A stretch of DNA of 64,000 nucleotides from Candidatus Dormiibacterota bacterium (GCA_036732165.1 DAINCX010000001.1:81053-145052), one strand, 5' to 3'; shown: positions 10,641 to 20,468, numbered from the stretch's first letter. A program made the numbers and translations. The notes: generated by a model from the letters alone, not told the origin.

Positions 10641-12145
10641 TATTCCCCCGTGTCGATCTGGGCCCGCTGGAGCCGGCCGCTGTAGTCGACGTAGATCGTC
10701 TTCCACTCCGTGAACTCGTCCAGGGCCACGGTGCCCGCCTCGCGATGGCCGTTCCCGGTATTCTTCACGCCACCGAAGGGCAGCTGAATCTCGGCGCCGA
10801 TGGTGGGCGCGTTGACGTACACGATCCCCGACTGCATCTCGTCCATCGCGTGAAAGGCCTTGCGCAGGTCGTTGGTGTAGATCGACATCGAGAGCCCGTA
10901 CTGGGTCGAGTTCGCTACGTCGAGGGCCTCCTGAAGTCCGCTCACCGGCATCACGAGCGTCGAGGGGCCGAAGATCTCCTCCTGGGCCATCCGCATCTCC
11001 TTGCGGCCGTCGGCGAAGATCGTCGGTCGGTAGAACCAGCCGTCCGTGCCCGCGAACTCGCCGCCGTGGACCAGGCGCGCATGATCCTTCTTCCCGATCT
11101 CGGTGTACTCGTGCACTTTCTTGACCGCGGCCTCGTTGATCACCGGGCCCATGTCCGTGTCGGGCAACAGGCCATCGCCGACCTTCATCTTCGCCGCGCG
11201 CTCCTGGAGCAGATCGGTGAAATCCTTCTCGACCTTCTTGTCGACGATCAATCGTGAGGCGGCCGTACAGCGCTGGCCCGCCGTTCCAAATGCGGCCCAG
11301 AGCGCCCCGTCGACCGCAAGGGGAACATCGGCATCGTCCAGGACAACGATGCAGTTCTTGCCCCCCAGCTCGAGACCAAGTCGCTTGAGGTTTCGCCCGG
11401 CGCTTTCGGCGATCTTGCGGCCGGCCTCCGTCGATCCGGTGAAGGAGATCGCCTGCACCCGGGGGTCCTTGACGAGCGGATCACCGACCTCGTTGCCGCT
11501 CCCGGTGACGAGGTTCAGCACCCCGCCGGGCAGACCGGCTTCCTCGAGGATCTCGACGAGCTTGGTGGCGATGATCGGGGTGTCCGACGCCGGCTTGAAC
11601 ACGACCGCGTTGCCGGCCATCAAGGCCGGCAAGATCTTCCAGGACGGGATCGCCATCGGGAAGTTCCATGGCGTGATGCAGGCCACCACACCCAGCGGAG
11701 CGCGGACGGTCATGCACCACTTGTTCTTCAGCTCCGAGGGCACCGTTTCGCCGTGTGGCAGGCGACCGAGCGCGGCCGCGTATTTCGCCATGTCGATGGC
11801 CTCCTGCACGTCGCCACGGGCTTCCTTGAGCACCTTGCCCATCTCCTGCGTCATCAGCCGGGCCAGCTCCTCCTTGCGCTCCTCCAGCAGCAGTCCGGCC
11901 TTCAGGACGATTTCGCCCCGGGCCGGCGCCGGCGTGCGCCGCCAGCCCGTGAACGCCTTGTGCGCCGCCTCGATTGCCGCATTGACGTCATCGGGATTCG
12001 AGGCCTGCATCACCCCCAGAACCTGGTCCTTGTGGGCCGGGTTCGAGGAGGCAAAGGTCCGTCCACTCTTCGATTCCACCCAGCGCCCGCCGATGTAGTT
12101 CTTGTAGGTTTTCGCGTCGGTTCGCTGTCCACGCTCGCTCGTCAT
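10640..12145 (-). CDS. NAD(P)-dependent aldehyde dehydrogenase
   Basis: The ALDH family protein runs from KNYIGGRWVES to the catalytic region (VTGSGNEVG, ELGGKN, CTAASR). The internal start MTSERGQ was chosen. The track's longer ORF would overlap the aminotransferase. Confidence 0.85.
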   Translation of the reverse strand: MTSERGQRTDAKTYKNYIGGRWVESKSGRTFASSNPAHKDQVLGVMQASNPDDVNAAIEAAHKAFTGWRRTPAPARGEIVLKAGLLLEERKEELARLMTQEMGKVLKEARGDVQEAIDMAKYAAALGRLPHGETVPSELKNKWCMTVRAPLGVVACITPWNFPMAIPSWKILPALMAGNAVVFKPASDTPIIATKLVEILEEAGLPGGVLNLVTGSGNEVGDPLVKDPRVQAISFTGSTEAGRKIAESAGRNLKRLGLELGGKNCIVVLDDADVPLAVDGALWAAFGTAGQRCTAASRLIVDKKVEKDFTDLLQERAAKMKVGDGLLPDTDMGPVINEAAVKKVHEYTEIGKKDHARLVHGGEFAGTDGWFYRPTIFADGRKEMRMAQEEIFGPSTLVMPVSGLQEALDVANSTQYGLSMSIYTNDLRKAFHAMDEMQSGIVYVNAPTIGAEIQLPFGGVKNTGNGHREAGTVALDEFTEWKTIYVDYSGRLQRAQIDTGE

Positions 12146-12153
12146 CGTCTGGC

Positions 12154-13470
12154 TCACGCTGCCACCTCCTGGAACGCGCCGTTCATGATGTCCCATCCTT
12201 CGTCGAGCTCCGCTTGCGAGATATTCAACGGGGGGATCAGCCGCAGGACGTTGTCGTGCGGACCGCAACTGAGCAGCACCAGGCCTGAATCGAGGCAGAC
12301 CTTTCGGATCTTGGTCATCAAATCCTTGTCGGGCGCGCCGTCTTTCTTGACCAGCTCGACGCCGATCATGAGGCCGAGGCCGCGCACGTCACCGATCGCC
12401 GGCGTGGTGGCCTGCAAGGCACGGAACCGAGCCAGCAGATCGGCGCCCTTTAAGGTGGCCTTCGCGAGGATCTGCTCCCGCTCGAAGACGTCCAGCGTCG
12501 CCACACCGGCGGCGCAGGAGACGGGATTGCCGCCGAACGTCGAGCCGTGGGCGGCGGGCTCCCATTGGTCCATGAGCCGGCTGCTGGCCACCACGGCGCT
12601 CAAGGGTAACCCCGAGGCGATGCTCTTGGCCAGGGTCATGATGTCGGGCACGACCCCGGTGTGCTCGCAGGCAAACATCTTGCCCGTCCGGCCGTACCCG
12701 CTCTGCACCTCGTCCGCGATCAGGAGGATCCCGTGGGCATCACACAGCTTCCGCAGCCGCGGCATGAACCCCGCAGGAGGCACGACGTACCCGCCCTCGC
12801 CCAGGACCGGTTCGACGATGAAGGCCGCGATATTCTTCGGCGGCACCCTGGTGTCGAGCATCTCGTCGATGTAGTCGAAGACGTACTTGAGGGTGGCCTC
12901 GTCCCCCGGTCCGGACGGGTTCCGGTAGGCGTACGGGTACGGCACGTGGTAGATCCCGGGAAGAAATGGCTCATACCGCTCCCGGTAATAGCTTTTCGAG
13001 GCGGTCAGCGAGAGGGCGCCATAGGTCCGCCCGTGAAACGCGCCCTGGAAGGCCACGATCGCCGAGCGACCGCTCACATAGCGGGCGAGCTTGATGGCCC
13101 CTTCGACCGCCTCCGCACCGCTGTTGGAGAAGAAGACCTTGTCCAGCTTGCCTGGCGCGAGCGCGGCGATGCGCTCGGCGAGGAGGATGTTCGGCTCGTG
13201 ATGGGCCACGACCGAGATGTGCACCAGCTTGTCGAGCTGCGCATGGGCGGCCTTGATGACATCGGGATGCCCGTGCCCGAGATTCGTGACCGCGATCCCC
13301 GAGGCGAAGTCGAGATACCGCTGGCCGTCGACCGTGTAGAGATAGGAGCCGCGAGCATGGTCGATGACGAGTGGCGTGTACCGGTAGAGCACCTGGGAAA
13401 GGTGGGCGCGCTCGCGCGCCAACCAATCTTCCTGGTTATCGCCTGTTGTGGGTTCCTTGACGAGTTTCAC
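12154..13470 (-). CDS. Class-III (omega) aminotransferase, GABA/putrescine-AT-like
   Basis: 438 aa. Class III PLP-enzyme hallmarks are present (FFSNSGAEAVEGAIKLAR, and DEVQSGYGRTGK with the PLP lysine). Confidence 0.85.
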   Translation of the reverse strand: MKLVKEPTTGDNQEDWLARERAHLSQVLYRYTPLVIDHARGSYLYTVDGQRYLDFASGIAVTNLGHGHPDVIKAAHAQLDKLVHISVVAHHEPNILLAERIAALAPGKLDKVFFSNSGAEAVEGAIKLARYVSGRSAIVAFQGAFHGRTYGALSLTASKSYYRERYEPFLPGIYHVPYPYAYRNPSGPGDEATLKYVFDYIDEMLDTRVPPKNIAAFIVEPVLGEGGYVVPPAGFMPRLRKLCDAHGILLIADEVQSGYGRTGKMFACEHTGVVPDIMTLAKSIASGLPLSAVVASSRLMDQWEPAAHGSTFGGNPVSCAAGVATLDVFEREQILAKATLKGADLLARFRALQATTPAIGDVRGLGLMIGVELVKKDGAPDKDLMTKIRKVCLDSGLVLLSCGPHDNVLRLIPPLNISQAELDEGWDIMNGAFQEVAA

Positions 13471-13611
13471 ATGGCCTCCTTGATCCGGCGTCCGTTCCTT
13501 CGCGATGGATCGGGTCGGGGTCGGGTGGAGGCTGTCCGTCCGTGGACGCCCACCAGGCGCAGGTGATTCCCGCGTGGTTCATGGCCGGTTAATACTAGCC
13601 GGACCCGCGAG

Positions 13612-14247
13612 TTAGCCGGCCACCCAGGGCAGCCTGGCGCCGTAACGGAGGACGAGGGGGGCCAGCTGCGAGGTGAGGATCGCCGGCCTGACCCCCAGGT
13701 AGGCCCGAAGCCAGGGATGCTGTTGCTCCAGGAGGTCGAGGGTGAGGTGCCCGGTCCCCGCATAGGCGCGATCAGCCGCCAGCTGATCCGGGCGGGCCAG
13801 CGTACTGAGGATGCTGTCCCGGCGGACCCCTGCGGCGAAGGCATCGATCTGGGCCGGGATGATGGCACGGTTCGAGCCCTGGACGAGCAGCGGCCGCACG
13901 GCCCGCTCCGCGTGCTGGGAGGTGATCAGGACCAAGGTGACCACGACCACGGCGCTGAGCAATTGCAGGCCGACCCCCAGGATCCGATCTGGCCGGCCGA
14001 GACGCGTTCCGCGCACTCGCGCGGCCAGGCGGGAGGCGGGGATGTTGATCAGGAAGGCCAGCAGGATCGTCGCCATCACGACCACCAGGTAGGGGGGCAC
14101 ATCGAGGTGCGGTAACAGGGCGTCGAGCAAGGCTTGATGAACGAGCACCATCACGGCGACCGCCGCGGCAAACGAGATCTCGGCGAACACGGGCCGCAGG
14201 AATCCCTGCGTCCATCCAATGGCGACGGCGACCAGGGCCACCACCAC
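13612..14247 (-). CDS. CvpA-family membrane protein (colicin V production protein-like)
   Basis: The C-terminal part of the long track ORF 13612..15282 reads LNGLDLILVVVALVAVAIGWTQGFLRPVF..., which matches the CvpA N-terminus pattern. The start is ambiguous: GTG codons lie at 14241-14247, or a CTG overlaps the upstream stop. The upstream 1 kb of the track ORF is an alternative-frame artefact. Confidence 0.55.
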   Translation of the reverse strand: MVVALVAVAIGWTQGFLRPVFAEISFAAAVAVMVLVHQALLDALLPHLDVPPYLVVVMATILLAFLINIPASRLAARVRGTRLGRPDRILGVGLQLLSAVVVVTLVLITSQHAERAVRPLLVQGSNRAIIPAQIDAFAAGVRRDSILSTLARPDQLAADRAYAGTGHLTLDLLEQQHPWLRAYLGVRPAILTSQLAPLVLRYGARLPWVAG

Positions 14248-14267
14248 CAGGATGAGGTCGAGCCCGT

Positions 14268-14981
14268 TCAGCGGGACGGAACCGCCTTGAGCGTGGTCGC
14301 CGGCCGCGGCGCCCGTTGTGCCGCAAGGAAGCCCGAAAACATCACGAGCACGCCGAAGGCCTGCCCCACGTAGAAGAGTTCGTAAACATGGAAGCGCGTC
14401 AACGTGGAGGCGCCGGCCACGATGAAGGCGCCCCCGGCGATCAACACGTTGGCCGCCAGCCGCGAACCTGCCGCCCCCCGCCTCCAGGCGGCGTACGCCG
14501 ACCAGAGGGCGCCACCGATCAAGACCACGCTTCCGACAATATTGAGCAACGCCGCGGTCAGCAGCGCCACCACGTTGAAGAGGCCGTGTTCCAACCGGAT
14601 GGTGTCGACGGATGGCACCTCGTGGGTCTGCAGCAGTGAGACCTGCAAGCGGGCCCCGATGATCCCGGCAAGCCCGATCCCGGCCAGGATCACGACGACA
14701 AGCAGGGCGGCTCGCCCGAATCGGGGGGCGAGGAGGAAGACCGTGCCCAACGCCAGGACACCGACCACCGTGATGCCGCCAAAGTAGTAGTAGAGGCGGT
14801 AGAGGTCCGGATTCCAGCCCCCGGCGGCGCCCAGCACCTCGGTGGACGCCGCAACTGCGTAGACCGCCAGGGCGACCGACCAGGCCGCCAGGTACGCCCG
14901 CGGCTTGCTCCGGTACTGCATCCAAAGCGTGATCGCGAAGGCGGCGCTGATCAACGCGGCGGCCAGGGGATAAAAGATCAC
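14268..14981 (-). CDS. Hypothetical polytopic membrane protein
   Basis: 237 aa with about 7 predicted hydrophobic helices. It is co-directional and coupled with the CvpA-like gene. Confidence 0.5.
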   Translation of the reverse strand: MIFYPLAAALISAAFAITLWMQYRSKPRAYLAAWSVALAVYAVAASTEVLGAAGGWNPDLYRLYYYFGGITVVGVLALGTVFLLAPRFGRAALLVVVILAGIGLAGIIGARLQVSLLQTHEVPSVDTIRLEHGLFNVVALLTAALLNIVGSVVLIGGALWSAYAAWRRGAAGSRLAANVLIAGGAFIVAGASTLTRFHVYELFYVGQAFGVLVMFSGFLAAQRAPRPATTLKAVPSR

Positions 14982-15061
14982 GCCACGTACAGTTTATCCC
15001 GCAGGCTGAGTCCCAGGAGGGCGCCCCGGGCGCGAGCGCCGGCGAGGCTGGAACCTGCTGC

Positions 15062-15091
15062 TTGACTCTATGTCCGGTATTGACGTTAAAT
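15062..15091 (+). promoter_or_regulatory. Candidate sigma70-type promoter (TTGACT-18 nt-TTAAAT) upstream of the ParA-like gene
   Basis: An AT-rich island sits in otherwise 70% GC DNA. The -35 element is TTGACT (15062-15067) and the -10-like element is TTAAAT (15086-15091). Confidence 0.3.
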
Positions 15092-15127
15092 AGCCGCAAC
15101 CACGGTACACAGGAGCCTAGCCCCCGT

Positions 15128-15937
15128 TTGAGCAGAGTCATCGCAGTTGCCAACCAGAAAGGCGGGGTTGGTAAGACGACGACCGCGGTGAATCTTGGAT
15201 GCGCACTCGCCGAGCTCGGGAAGCGCGTCCTCTGCATCGACCTCGATCCCCAGGGACACCTGACGATCAACATGGGGTTCAAGCAGCCGGATCAAATCGA
15301 GCTGACCCTGTACCACCTGCTGCTCGATCCGCAGGTCACGCTCGGTCACGTCATCAAGCACAGCAACCTGGGGGTCGACTTCATCCCCGCCAACATCGAG
15401 CTGTCCGGCGCAGAGATCCAGCTGGTGCAGGAGATGGGACGAGAGACGTTCCTCCGGGAGAAGCTGGCGCCGGGCCAGGACGAGTACGACTTCATGGTGA
15501 TCGACTGTCCGCCCTCCCTCGGCTTGCTCTGCGTCAACGCCCTGGTCGCCGCCGACGAGGTGATCATCCCGCTGCAGTGTGAGTACTTCGGGATGAAGGG
15601 GATGCAGCTCTTGCAGAACACGATCGAGCGGGTGCGTGGAAAGCTCAACCCGAAGCTGCGGATCAGTGGCATCCTGGCGACCATCCACAAATCGAGGACG
15701 CTCCATTCGCAGGAGGTGCTCGAACTGGTTCGCGAGCGCTACGGGGACATCGTTTTCGACGTCGTGATCAAAGACAGCATCCGGTTTGCGGAGACGCCCC
15801 TCGCCGGGATGTCGATCCTGCAGTACGCAGGAAGCTCCGGAGGAGCGGCTGCTTACCGGGAGCTGGCCAAGGCGGTGATCAAACGGGAACCAGCCCCCGA
15901 AGTGGAGGTAAAGCAGCCCGTTGCCACTCGTGTTTAA
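15128..15937 (+). CDS. ParA/Soj-family P-loop ATPase (orphan, no ParB adjacent)
   Basis: A deviant Walker A is present (VANQKGGVGKTTTAVNLG). The track ORF starts at TTG 15062. The TTG at 15128 (LSRVIAV) gives the usual short N-terminus. Confidence 0.85.
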   Translation: MSRVIAVANQKGGVGKTTTAVNLGCALAELGKRVLCIDLDPQGHLTINMGFKQPDQIELTLYHLLLDPQVTLGHVIKHSNLGVDFIPANIELSGAEIQLVQEMGRETFLREKLAPGQDEYDFMVIDCPPSLGLLCVNALVAADEVIIPLQCEYFGMKGMQLLQNTIERVRGKLNPKLRISGILATIHKSRTLHSQEVLELVRERYGDIVFDVVIKDSIRFAETPLAGMSILQYAGSSGGAAAYRELAKAVIKREPAPEVEVKQPVATRV

Positions 15938-16229
15938 GCGGGTCTCCCTGACGGGGTCCGCCGAGCTGTTTCGCGACACCTCACGCGCCCCCGAAATCCT
16001 GGCGGAGACCGATCCCGAGCCGGGCGCCGCGATCCATCATCTGCCGGTCATCCAGGAACCGATTCCGACCTACGGCTACAACCTCACCGAAGACCAGGTT
16101 CGCGAGCTGATCGATGCGGTGCAGAAGATCAAGTATCCGCACACCCTCAAGAACACCGCCAAGTTGAGCATGGAGGAGTTCGAGCGCCTCGAGGCGCTGC
16201 GCCAGGCCCTACTCGACGGCTTGCGCTAA
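15921..16229 (+). CDS. Hypothetical 102-aa protein co-translated with the ParA-like ATPase (candidate partner or adaptor)
   Basis: It overlaps the parA-like stop by 17 nt in the same orientation. It has no HTH and no recognisable family. The C-terminal half is predicted helical. Confidence 0.4.
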   Translation: MPLVFKRVSLTGSAELFRDTSRAPEILAETDPEPGAAIHHLPVIQEPIPTYGYNLTEDQVRELIDAVQKIKYPHTLKNTAKLSMEEFERLEALRQALLDGLR

Positions 16230-17993
16230 CTCCTCTTCGCCGCGCTGCGAGCCGGCCACATCCCAGTGGCGCGCGACCTGCTGCGCCCGGTAGAGGTTGG
16301 CATAGAGCCCGGGCACGTCGACCAGGTCGTCGTGCCGCCCCCGCTGGACGACCCGCCCACGATCGAGCACCACGATCTCACTCGCCTGGCGGATGGTGGA
16401 CAACCGATGCGCGATCACGAGCACCGTGCGGTCGACGACCAGCCTGGCCAGCGCTTGCTGGATCACATGTTCGGCTTCGGGGTCGACCGAGGACGTCGCT
16501 TCGTCCAGGATCAAGATCGGGGCGTCTCGGAGGAGGGCACGCGAAATGGAGATCCGTTGCTTCTGCCCTCCCGACAGGCGAACGCCACGTTCCCCAATGA
16601 TCGTCTGGTAGCCATGCGGCAGCTCCGTGATGAATTCGTGCGCGTAGGCGGCGCGAGCCGCCGCTTCGACCCGACCGTCGTCGGCGTCCGGGTCGCTGAT
16701 CTTGATGTTGGCTGCCACCGTGTCGTTGAACAGGAAGACGTCCTGCAACACGAGGCCGACCATCCGATGCACGTAGTCGAGCGGGAGTTCGCGCAGGTCG
16801 ACGCCGCCCAGCCGCACGGCGCCCTGCTGCGGGTCCCAGAAGCGCGCGATCAGGTTGGCCACGGTCGTCTTCCCGGCCCCGCTCGGCCCGACCAACGCCA
16901 GGACCGTCCCCGCCTTGAGCGCGAGCGACACGTCGTGCAGGACGGGCCGGCCTGGTTCGTAGGCGAAGGTCACGGCGTCCAGCCTGATGTCGTAGGCGGG
17001 GTTCTGCGGCCGCGTCGCCCGAGGCGATTCGTCAACCTCGACCGGTGCTGTCAACACCTCGAAGATGCGATCGGTCGCGGCCTGCGCGTTGCGAAGCCCT
17101 TCGAGCTGACGGTTGAGCTCGGTGATGGGCCGGTACAGGTAGGTGGTGAGAAAGATGAAGAGCACCAGGTTCGGCGGCGTGAGCTGGCCACCAACGACCA
17201 TCAGGCCCCCGACCAGGAGGACCAGGGCAACCGGGATCGCCGCCATCCACTCCACGCCGGCGAAGTACCAGGTGTGCAGCAGGTTGGCACGAATCGCGGC
17301 GCGAGCCAGGCTTTGGCTGCGCTCGTCGATATCGCGCCGAGCGTGCGCCACCGCGGCAAACGCCTTCAAGACACCGACCCCCTGGATGTGATCGATGATG
17401 ATGCCGTTCAGCCGGCCCAATTCCTCGCGGTACTGTTTGAACGCCTCATGGGCGGCTCCCCGAAACAGCCCCAGGATCAGCAGGATGACCAGAAGCGGGG
17501 CTAGGGCGGCGAGGGCCAGGCGCCAGTTGACGATCAGCATCAGGATTCCAATCAGGAAGGGGACGAGCGCGGCGCTGATCAGCTGGATGCCGGCATGCGC
17601 CGTGAAGAACTCGATGGTCTCGACATCGCCGATCACCTTGGCAGCCATGGTCCCGGACTGCTGCCGGGTGTGGAACCCCATCGACAGCCGTTGCAGCTGG
17701 TCGTAGCAACGCATGCGCAGGTCGTGGAGCACGCGGAAGGCCGCGAGATGCCCGAACCCGCCCTCGAGGTATCGAGCCACCGCCATCAAGGCCGTGGTGG
17801 CGACCATCGCCAGCCCGAGCAGGACCAGCGTGCCCGTCGAGGCGCCCGGATGACCAACGGTCACCAGGATCTGTCGAATGATCAACGCGGGGACCACGCT
17901 CAGCGCCGTGTAGAGGACCGATCCGGCGATCGCGATCGCCAGCAAGCCCCGGTGGCCTCGAGTGATCGCCAGCATCCTGGAGAGGAACATCAT
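16209..17993 (-). CDS. ABC exporter, fused permease/ATPase (MsbA/type I exporter-like)
   Basis: 594 aa. A six-helix TMD is followed by an NBD with Walker A GPSGAGKT, the signature LSGGQKQR and Walker B ILILDEATS. Confidence 0.85.
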   Translation of the reverse strand: MMFLSRMLAITRGHRGLLAIAIAGSVLYTALSVVPALIIRQILVTVGHPGASTGTLVLLGLAMVATTALMAVARYLEGGFGHLAAFRVLHDLRMRCYDQLQRLSMGFHTRQQSGTMAAKVIGDVETIEFFTAHAGIQLISAALVPFLIGILMLIVNWRLALAALAPLLVILLILGLFRGAAHEAFKQYREELGRLNGIIIDHIQGVGVLKAFAAVAHARRDIDERSQSLARAAIRANLLHTWYFAGVEWMAAIPVALVLLVGGLMVVGGQLTPPNLVLFIFLTTYLYRPITELNRQLEGLRNAQAATDRIFEVLTAPVEVDESPRATRPQNPAYDIRLDAVTFAYEPGRPVLHDVSLALKAGTVLALVGPSGAGKTTVANLIARFWDPQQGAVRLGGVDLRELPLDYVHRMVGLVLQDVFLFNDTVAANIKISDPDADDGRVEAAARAAYAHEFITELPHGYQTIIGERGVRLSGGQKQRISISRALLRDAPILILDEATSSVDPEAEHVIQQALARLVVDRTVLVIAHRLSTIRQASEIVVLDRGRVVQRGRHDDLVDVPGLYANLYRAQQVARHWDVAGSQRGEEELAQAVE

Positions 17994-18005
17994 GCGGGAG
18001 AGATT

Positions 18006-19085
18006 CTAAGAGGCCGCGTGGACCAGCTCCACCAAACGCTGCAGGTGAGCCACCGGCGTGCTCGGCAAGACGCCATGGCCGAGGTTGAAGATGTGACCGG
18101 GTTTCGAACCAGCCAGCGCGATGACCTCGCGGGCCTTCTGCTCCACCACCGCCCAGGGCGCGAGCAGGGCCGCCGGGTCGAGGTTGCCCTGGACAGCATG
18201 GTCGAAGCCGATTTCCGCCCAGGCCTTGCCCAGGTCCACCCGCCAGTCGAGACCGATGACATCGCCGCCGGCATCCCGCATGGAGGGGAGCAGGGCGGCG
18301 GTCCCGGTGCCGAAATGAATCGTCGGCGTTCCGGTGGCACGCAATCCCTCGAAGATGGTCGCGACGTACGGCTGCACCGAGCGCCGATAGTCTGCGGGGG
18401 ACAGCGCGCCCACCCAGCTGTCGAACAGCTGGACAACCTGGGCGCCCGCCTCGATCTGGGCTCGCAGGTAGGCGAGGACGAGGCGGCTCAACCGACCCAT
18501 CAGCGCATCCCAGAGCTGCGGTTCTCCCAGCATCATCGCTTTAGTCAGGAGAAAATCGCGCGAGGGTTTGCCCTCGATTAGGTAGCCGGCCAGGGTGAAG
18601 GGCGCGCCCGAAAAGCCGATGACGGCCACCCCGGGATCGAGCGACCGCCGGAGCAAGCGAATCGTTTCCAGCACGAAGGGAACCGATTCCTGCGGAGGCA
18701 GTTCGAGCAGGCCCTCGATGGCCGCGCGACTCCGGATCGGCTCGTCGATGACCGGCCCCACATCCTCGACGAGGCGGACGTCCACGCCGAGGGAGAAGGC
18801 GACGGGCAGCATGATGTCGGCGAAGAGGACCGCTCCATCGACACCGAGGCGGTGGACCGGCTGGAGCGTCACCTCCGCGCAGAGAGCCGGGTCACGGCAG
18901 ATTGTGAACAGGTCGGCGGACTCGCGGATCTTGCGGTACTCCGGGAGCGAACGGCCGGCCTGGCGCATGAACCAGACGGGGCGATGCTCAACCGACTCGA
19001 GGCGCGCGGCGCGGAGCAGCAGTGGCTCCACCGCACCGGCCACCTCGCGGTGCGCCAGCTCCAGGGATTCCCCGGCCGGGGTCAT
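18006..19085 (-). CDS. hemE: Uroporphyrinogen decarboxylase
   Basis: URO-D family signatures are present (PVWFMRQAGRSLPEYR). The true start may be the GTG near 19037. Confidence 0.88.
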   Translation of the reverse strand: MTPAGESLELAHREVAGAVEPLLLRAARLESVEHRPVWFMRQAGRSLPEYRKIRESADLFTICRDPALCAEVTLQPVHRLGVDGAVLFADIMLPVAFSLGVDVRLVEDVGPVIDEPIRSRAAIEGLLELPPQESVPFVLETIRLLRRSLDPGVAVIGFSGAPFTLAGYLIEGKPSRDFLLTKAMMLGEPQLWDALMGRLSRLVLAYLRAQIEAGAQVVQLFDSWVGALSPADYRRSVQPYVATIFEGLRATGTPTIHFGTGTAALLPSMRDAGGDVIGLDWRVDLGKAWAEIGFDHAVQGNLDPAALLAPWAVVEQKAREVIALAGSKPGHIFNLGHGVLPSTPVAHLQRLVELVHAAS

Positions 19086-19834
19086 CCGCCCGTGATCAGG
19101 CTGACCTGCTGGGCCAGGTCCGGTTGCGCCGTCACCTGGCCGAGCCCGAGGGCGAGGTCGAGGGCAGCCTGGGCCGGCATCAGCACGCAGGTGAAGATCG
19201 GGGTTTCCCGCTCCGTGTAGCGGCTGGCCTGCGACTCGCGCAGTTCCATCACGAGGTCGAGGAAGACGGCCGGCTCATCACATTCGAACGCCACCACGAA
19301 TTCCTGGTCGTCCAGGCCGAAGGAGTAGCCGGTGTTGATCTTGACCTGCGGAAACTTGTGCCCGATCCCGAAATGCTCGACCATCATGGCCTTGCGGCGT
19401 TCGTAGGGCAGCCGGTACCAGGCGCGCTTCTTCACCATCGGGTAGACGAAGAGGTATCGTCCGCCGGTTGGCTTGACTCGCGTCCGGAGCCCTTCCTGGT
19501 CGGGATGGCGATGCCGTCCGAGGTAGGGCGACGGCTTCGTCATCGCCAGAAAGGAGTGCGCCACCCGCACCCGCGGTCCCAGCCGCGTCGAGCGCCAGCG
19601 TGACTCGACCTGCTGAATCTCGTCCACCGTGTCGGCCGCGTGCCAGACGAGGAGATCGCAATCGCCCCGGAGCCCAACCGTGCTGTAGGTCAGCAGCATG
19701 CCCGCGCCGGCGCGCTCCTCGAGGAGGCCGCCGAACTCGGCGCCCGCCTCAGCCCGATCCGCCTCATCCCACGCCAGCACGGTGGGATCGACTTTCAAAA
19801 ACGTGTACTTGACGACCTGTCGCGCTTCCTGCAT
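19082..19834 (-). CDS. hemQ: Coproheme decarboxylase / hydrogen peroxide-dependent haem synthase (chlorite-dismutase family)
   Basis: CDE-family motifs are present (KYTFLKVD, FVYPMVKKRAWYRLP). It lies immediately upstream of hemE, as in the coproporphyrin-dependent pathway. Confidence 0.82.
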   Translation of the reverse strand: MQEARQVVKYTFLKVDPTVLAWDEADRAEAGAEFGGLLEERAGAGMLLTYSTVGLRGDCDLLVWHAADTVDEIQQVESRWRSTRLGPRVRVAHSFLAMTKPSPYLGRHRHPDQEGLRTRVKPTGGRYLFVYPMVKKRAWYRLPYERRKAMMVEHFGIGHKFPQVKINTGYSFGLDDQEFVVAFECDEPAVFLDLVMELRESQASRYTERETPIFTCVLMPAQAALDLALGLGQVTAQPDLAQQVSLITGG

Positions 19835-19883
19835 GGCTTCAGCGTAGCAATAGCAGGGCTTGGCTCGTCCGGCCTAATCTAGG

Positions 19884-20468
19884 TTGATGGCTCGCCTGTC
19901 GATTCAGAAGGTTCACGTCGGTGAAAAGGACACCAACTGCTACGTCGTGGCCTGCGGCGACAGCCACGAGGCCGTCGTCATCGACCCGGGGGACGACGCG
20001 CCGAAGATCGCCGGGCAACTCGCCGGGAAGACGGTCCGCTGGATTTGTTTCACCCACGCCCACCCCGGGCACACCGGCGCGAAGGAGGCGATCAAGGGGG
20101 CCACCGGAGCGGCGACCGCGATGCACCTCGCGGACGCCACCGCCAACCTGAAGTCGGCCGATCGATACCTGGCGGCCGGGGAGCAGCTGCCCTTCGGGAG
20201 CTTCGCCCTGGAGGTGATCGCCACCCCGGGGCACACGCCCGGTGGGCTCTCCTTCAAGGTCGGCAACCACCTGTTCACCGGTGACACCTTGATGGCGGGA
20301 AAAATCGGCCGGGTCGATTTGCCGGGATCGAACCCTCAACAGATGTTGTTGAGCCTGCACGGCCAGCTGCTCACGCTCCCGGACAATACGGTTGTCTACC
20401 CGGGCCATGGCGCAAATACCACGATTGGCGCCGAGCGGGTCGGGAATCCGTATCTACGGATCCGGTGA
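19884..20468 (+). CDS. MBL-fold metallo-hydrolase (glyoxalase II-like)
   Basis: 194 aa. The metal motif is THAHPGH, a variant of HxHxDH with Asp replaced by Gly. Confidence 0.78.
   Translation: MMARLSIQKVHVGEKDTNCYVVACGDSHEAVVIDPGDDAPKIAGQLAGKTVRWICFTHAHPGHTGAKEAIKGATGAATAMHLADATANLKSADRYLAAGEQLPFGSFALEVIATPGHTPGGLSFKVGNHLFTGDTLMAGKIGRVDLPGSNPQQMLLSLHGQLLTLPDNTVVYPGHGANTTIGAERVGNPYLRIR

Noticed and set aside
13612-15282. 556-aa ORF spanning both the CvpA-like gene and the neighbouring membrane-protein gene
   Set aside because: Only the C-terminal roughly 210 aa (13612-14247) have CvpA-like sequence. The upstream part overlaps the 14268..14981 gene in another frame and is low-complexity.
19884-20468. 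MBL hydrolase with THAHPGH instead of the HxHxDH metal motif as a possible inactive enzyme
   Set aside because: A single Asp to Gly substitution in the motif is within known MBL-fold variation. It is not enough to call the protein a pseudoenzyme.
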